DNA of 64,000 bases from the human T2T-CHM13v2.0 reference genome, Homo sapiens. A program made the position numbers and the translations under genes. Shown here piece after piece: positions 56,228-64,000 of this stretch. The stretch lies in the NCBI RefSeq assembly GCF_009914755.1, contig NC_060932.1; one strand, given 5' to 3'. Under the pieces are notes generated by a model. The model saw nothing but the letters and a program-made list of their open reading frames with translations. It searched no databases and had not been told where the DNA came from. Positions within the stretch are counted from its first letter, which is position 1. Each line of letters opens with the position of its first letter.

Positions 56228-59129
56228 TAAATAAGATGCTTTAAAGTATTACCCTTCTAAGCCCAAGAAGTGCACTGGGTTTTGTCTTCGCACAGAGGCC
56301 ATATGGGAAAGCACAGTTTGGCAATCTTGAAAAATACCGTGGAATGTTATTATATCTCTTCTAATGGGGGACATCCAGGAATTTTAAATAATACAGACCT
56401 TACAGAAACTTTCTACAAATCTATCTAGACATTGTTGCCTGTCTTGAATGTTTCACAACTCAGGGTTTCTAAAGAAGAAATTTCACTGCTCTGTCATCTA
56501 CTGAGGTCCTTTCCCAGCACTCTGCTCTCCTCATTCGACATCTTCTTCCCTCTCCACCTCCTACACCCTGTGCTGCAAGCACATCATCTGCCTCCCAGGC
56601 AGAAGCGAGCACTCATTTCCACTCCTTTTCTCACCCTGAAATTACCTATGATATGACACTTTAGAAACCCGACCCCTCTGTCAGTGGGAGCACATTTCTC
56701 ACATCTACTAAAAACTTTAAGAACCCTACATTTGGCATGTAACACGATATTTCTTAGTCTTTTGTAAAAGATGTTTAGAGAAATATGCATGCTGGTATTT
56801 CATAAGCCAATACGGATACCTTTTACATTAATAGCCAGTGTCTGTTTCTTCTTGGCAAATGGCATGGGAGCTGCTGTGCAGACACTCATTAGCAAAACTG
56901 TAGAGGCTCTCAACCCTCCATATCTGGCAGAATAAGCTTATGAGTCACTTAATCTAAAGCATTTAACTATCAGTGCTCTGAAATTTAGAGGGAAAAAGAT
57001 ATGGAAAAAGACAATAATTTCTGGAGGTTCTCTCTGTGTGTGTGTGTACATTTATGATGCATCAGTGTTCTATGTCCTCCTCCTGACTGAAATAAAATAA
57101 TAAAAGTTGATTACTTATAATGAAAGTCACTTTACAATAACCCCAAATGTCTCCTATTATACCTCATAATTTTCCCCATATAAATGTTAGTTTCTTTCCC
57201 CTTAAAACATCTTTTAAATTTACAGTGAAAGACATTAATTTTGAGAGCCTACTTTATGACAGACAGTGTGCTAGGTGCTTTAGCTTTGTATATTTTAGGA
57301 CACAGGATGAGCCCATAAACTGAAGCAAAAATTCAAAAAGGGATCCTATATGGGTGATGTAATACTTAGGACTAACTTCTATGATATTTAGTTCTATCCA
57401 AACTCAAACTGGCCAAAAAATAGATGCTGTTTGACGTTTTACATAAAACTGAGAAGCACCAAATATTTGGAAAACAGAGCTATTTTAGAATCCACAGATT
57501 AATTCTCTTTGTTACTGAAAGCCTCGCTGAACAAACATCCATAAGAATCTCAAATATTGATCAATGAAAAGGAAGAGCTTTGTTTTATAAAACCAATGAA
57601 TACAAACCACAACACAGAAACACCTATTTTAATGAATTTGAATAAGTACATGAAATAACTTTTTCCCTTTAAAGTGATATATGCTGTCTAGGTGACCCAT
57701 GGATTTCTTGAAATTTCTACTATTTAATCAGTCATTCTCAGACACTATGGTTTCTGTAATGGATAACTATGTCAAAGTATTTTCTAATTACTATTCAGAG
57801 ACATGAATGATTTAGTCATTATTGCTGATTAAAGAGCCAAAGGAAATACAAAATTATTGTAAACTTTTTAAAATTATTTTTGAAAAATAGGTTTTGGAAA
57901 CAACGAAGTCTTCTTCAACTCTATCGTCAAACCTGACAATGACATTTTGCTCATCACCATTTTAGTCTCTCAATTATGTTCCCTCAACACTATGAGCTCT
58001 GAGCTACTAATCCAGACCCAAGAATTTAAAAAATGTGTGGAATAAAACAAGAGGTTTATTTTTCGCTTTAGAGGAAAAGTTAATCCTTGATGAAAACCAA
58101 TTTTTACTCTATTTCCTAAAATCTGAGCATGGACAAAGGGTAACGTCAGCAAGAAACTCACACAGAAAAGAAAAGTAGCCTGACTACGATGATACCTCTT
58201 ACAGTATGTCAGCACTTTTTCTCCCTGGAGGACACCTGCCTTCCCCTCCTCTTTACTAGGCAACACTTGTAAAGGCCAGGATGTGAGATGTGTGTGAGAT
58301 AATGTATGTGTAAATAGACTTGCCTTACATCCTATGGATGAAACATCTTTCTCAATTTAAAAAGTAAAAAGGTGGCATTTTTTAATAGCTTAATCCTCCA
58401 AAACCAGCAAACTTCTGTCTCCTTGAGGTTTTTTTTTTGTTTTGTTTTGTTTTACAATAGCAGTCCCCATATACAAGGTCTGCCCTTGAGCTGATTTAGA
58501 ATAATTAATTATAGCAGCTCATTAATTCACAAGTGATCCATAAGTTATCAGTCTAAGCAAAGATAATTTGTATCTAAAAGAGCTGGCAATGTCCACATTA
58601 AAGCTAAGATTATTACAACTAAAGAAACTTGCCTCCTGCCTGTATGGTTCAATAAAACAAGATTACTGGCCTACTCTTGGGAAGCTTGGTATATTTGATT
58701 ATATTATAACATTTATTGAGCACCTTTTTTGCTTTCAGGATTAAAAAATTAACAAGACAGTTTCTGACCTCTAAGAGTTCAGATTAATGAAGAGCAAGAT
58801 TAACCGCCCCCCGCCACACACTCACACCCAAATCAGCTTTTCCATGCTATCACAGAGGTCACAATAAAACTTAAAAGTCATTGCTTTAAAGTTTCAAGTA
58901 TGAAGAATCCTAACCTCTACTTAATATTCACTGATTTTCTGATTTTCAACTCTAGATGAACACATTAGTATATTGTCTTTCCTGTTGGTTGACATTTTTA
59001 AAAGCAAAGAAATTTTAAGAATCAACAAACGTTTGATAGAAATGCTTACATGTGTGGAAAAATTCCATTACATAGAAAGACTCCAAGTTTACATCTTCCT
59101 CAGAACTTCTCTCAATGAATTCTCATCCA

Positions 59130-59330
59130 CTCTCATGGATTTTTCTATTACCTACAAACTGATGGCTCTCACTGTATTATCTTACTCTGGATTTCTCTTC
59201 AAAGATTAAGACCCATTTTTCTGACTGCCTGCTAAATCTTCTGACTTCACCCGGCAAGTCTCATAGGATCCAAAAAGCACTCCTGTTCAAACAGAACTCA
59301 AAACAGGTCCCTCAGTTTTTTTACCTTAAA
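59130..59330 (+). mobile_element. L2 fragment
   Basis: CTGACTGCCTGCT...GTCTCATAGG...AACAGAACTC, L2-like. Confidence 0.5.
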
Positions 59331-59732
59331 ACTTGTTATAAAGCTAGGTAACTAAGAAAACTTTCTGCTGGTAAAAAAAAGAAAAACAAACTTCTTTTTA
59401 AGTACAAGAGAAATATATCTAAATATATGGAAGAATTTACACCAGAATAAAAATCACATTTCATATCAATGTGGGAAAGACAGATGACTCAATAAATGGT
59501 ATTGGGTAATTGGCTAGCTTTTGGGGAATGGAATGAGATGTACTCCCAAAAAGTTTCAAAATAACTTTCCAGATAGATAAAAAGGATTACCTGTAAAAAT
59601 GAAATCATAAAAGAATACAAATGAATGTGCTGAAAATGAGATAAAGAAAATTTTAAAACGTGGTAAAAATTATATAAGAAAAGATTAATATCAACTTGAA
59701 AACTTAAAACTTTAACAATTTATGAACAGTAT

Positions 59733-60685
59733 CAGAGCAGACAACCTATAGAATGGGAGAAGATACTTGCAAATTATGTATCCAACAAAGGCCTAATATC
59801 CAAAATGTATAGGAAACTTAAACAAGACAACGAGCAAAAACAAACAGACCCATTAAAAAAATGGGCAAAGGACATGAACAGACACTTCTCAAAAGAAGAC
59901 ATACAAGCAGCCAAGAAACCTGAAAAATGGTCAGCATCATGAATCATCAGAGAAATGCAAATCAAAACTACAATGAGATATCAATACCAGTCAAAATGGT
60001 AATTATTAATAAGTTAAAAAACAACATATGTTGGTGAGGCTTCAGAGAAAAGGGAATGCTTGTACACTGTTGGTGAAAATGTAAATTAGTTCAGCCACTG
60101 TGAAAACCAGTCTGGAGATTTTTCAAAGAACTTAAAACAGGGCTATCATTCAACCCAGCAATCCCATTACTGGTTATATAACCAAAAGAAAATAAATCAT
60201 TCTACCAAAAAGCCACATGTACTTGTATATTCATCACTGTGCTATTCACAACAGTAAAGACAAGAATTAACCCAGGTGACCATCAATGGCGGACTGGATA
60301 AAGAAAATACGGGACCTATCCACCAAGAATACTACACTGTCATTAAAAAAAAATAAAATGCTGTCTTTTGCAGCAAAATGGATGAAGCTGAAGGCCATAA
60401 TCCTAAGTGAATTAATGCAGAAACAGAAAACCCATGTTCTCATTTAAAAGTGGGAGCAAAACACTGAGCACACATGGATATAAATATGGGAATAATAGAT
60501 ACTGTGGACTACTAGATGGGGAAGGGAAGGGAGCAGGTTAAAAACTACCTATTGGATACTATGTTCACTACCTGGGTGACAGGATCCATACTCCTTAGCA
60601 TCACACAATATTTCCATGTAACAAACCTTCACATGTACTCCCTATATCTAAAACAAAAGTTGAAATTTTTAAAAAGGAAAAAAAA
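59733..60685 (+). mobile_element. L1PA (~PA15/16) ORF2 end plus 3' UTR within an older L1M remnant (~59400-61400)
   Basis: AGACAACCTATAGAATGGGAG...CCCAGCAATCCCATTACTGG...CCATGTAACAAACC plus A tail. Confidence 0.9.
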
Positions 60686-61524
60686 TCACAAAAATAGATT
60701 ATCAAGAACTATCACTCATGAATACAGAAAGAAATTACAGTTAAAAAACATGAAGAGATTCAAATTATAAATGAAAAGCTGGAAGTATATTTTCAACATA
60801 TGTGATAGCATTTGATATGATAAAGGAAAAATTTCCCTAATATGTACCTAACTTGTAAATTAATAAAAATGTCAAAGGTACGTAAATAAGTAGTTTAAAG
60901 AGAAAAAAAAGTACCAATATCCACTAAACATGAAGATTTTCAATGTCATTCATATTTATAGAAAAACAAATGAAAATAAGAGCAACAATTTTTGCCCATC
61001 ATATGGCGAACAGTATGAAGTTGTACTCAGTGTTACTAAGGATATGGAAAATAGGCATTCTCGTACACTTTTAGTCAGAGAATAAAATTGGTAAACTCTT
61101 TTACAGAGAAATCTGGCAATAGCTATACAAACATGTAGACACTTTCTCAGCACCTTCACTTACAGGAATTCATCACATAGAAGTAAATACATCTGTGAAA
61201 TAATGTGTAAGTATAAAGACTACAGAACAATATGTAAAGACAAAAAATAGAAACTAAATATTTTTAATAGAAAATTGCTTTTAAATTATAGTTTATGAAA
61301 CAGAATAATCTGTGGTTGATAATAATAGATAACTCTGTATGTGCCAATGCGGAAAAAAATTTATGGTCATACTTATATACACGTGAAAATGTTTTCAAAC
61401 TGCAATAATGATTTCCTCCAAGAATAGCATAAAAAATGCAAAATTTTTGCCTGTCAGTCGCACTTCCCATTGCCTGTCTTACATTTATGCATTATATTTA
61501 TAATCCAAAATAAAACTCATCGAT

Positions 61525-64000
<2,476 letters not shown>

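Overview
Repeat-dense, AT-rich primate genomic DNA. The Alu S/J elements and LTR2, LTR17 and MER41A elements point to a catarrhine genome, plausibly human, and the window reads as intronic or intergenic. I found no intact protein-coding gene, RNA gene, CRISPR array or new gene system. Most ORFs in the track come from Alu, L1, LTR or microsatellite sequence, and the rest have no recognisable domain. The window is a layered record of transposition: about 17 Alus, many L1 fragments, L2, DNA-transposon fossils (Tigger, MER30, MER58, MER5A), ERV1 and ERVL pol remnants, and about 15 LTRs, several nested with readable target-site duplications (TSDs). The most notable structures are: a complete HERV-W (LTR17) solo LTR inserted into MER41A; a ~114-bp inverted duplication with a 25-bp perfect stem at 54.9-55.0 kb; a template-switch palindrome inside a THE1 LTR; a twin-primed (inverted) L1; an intact LTR2 solo LTR; and a consensus splice donor at nt 29-37. 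Repeat family names are from recalled consensus sequences, not a database search. Boundaries without a TSD are approximate.
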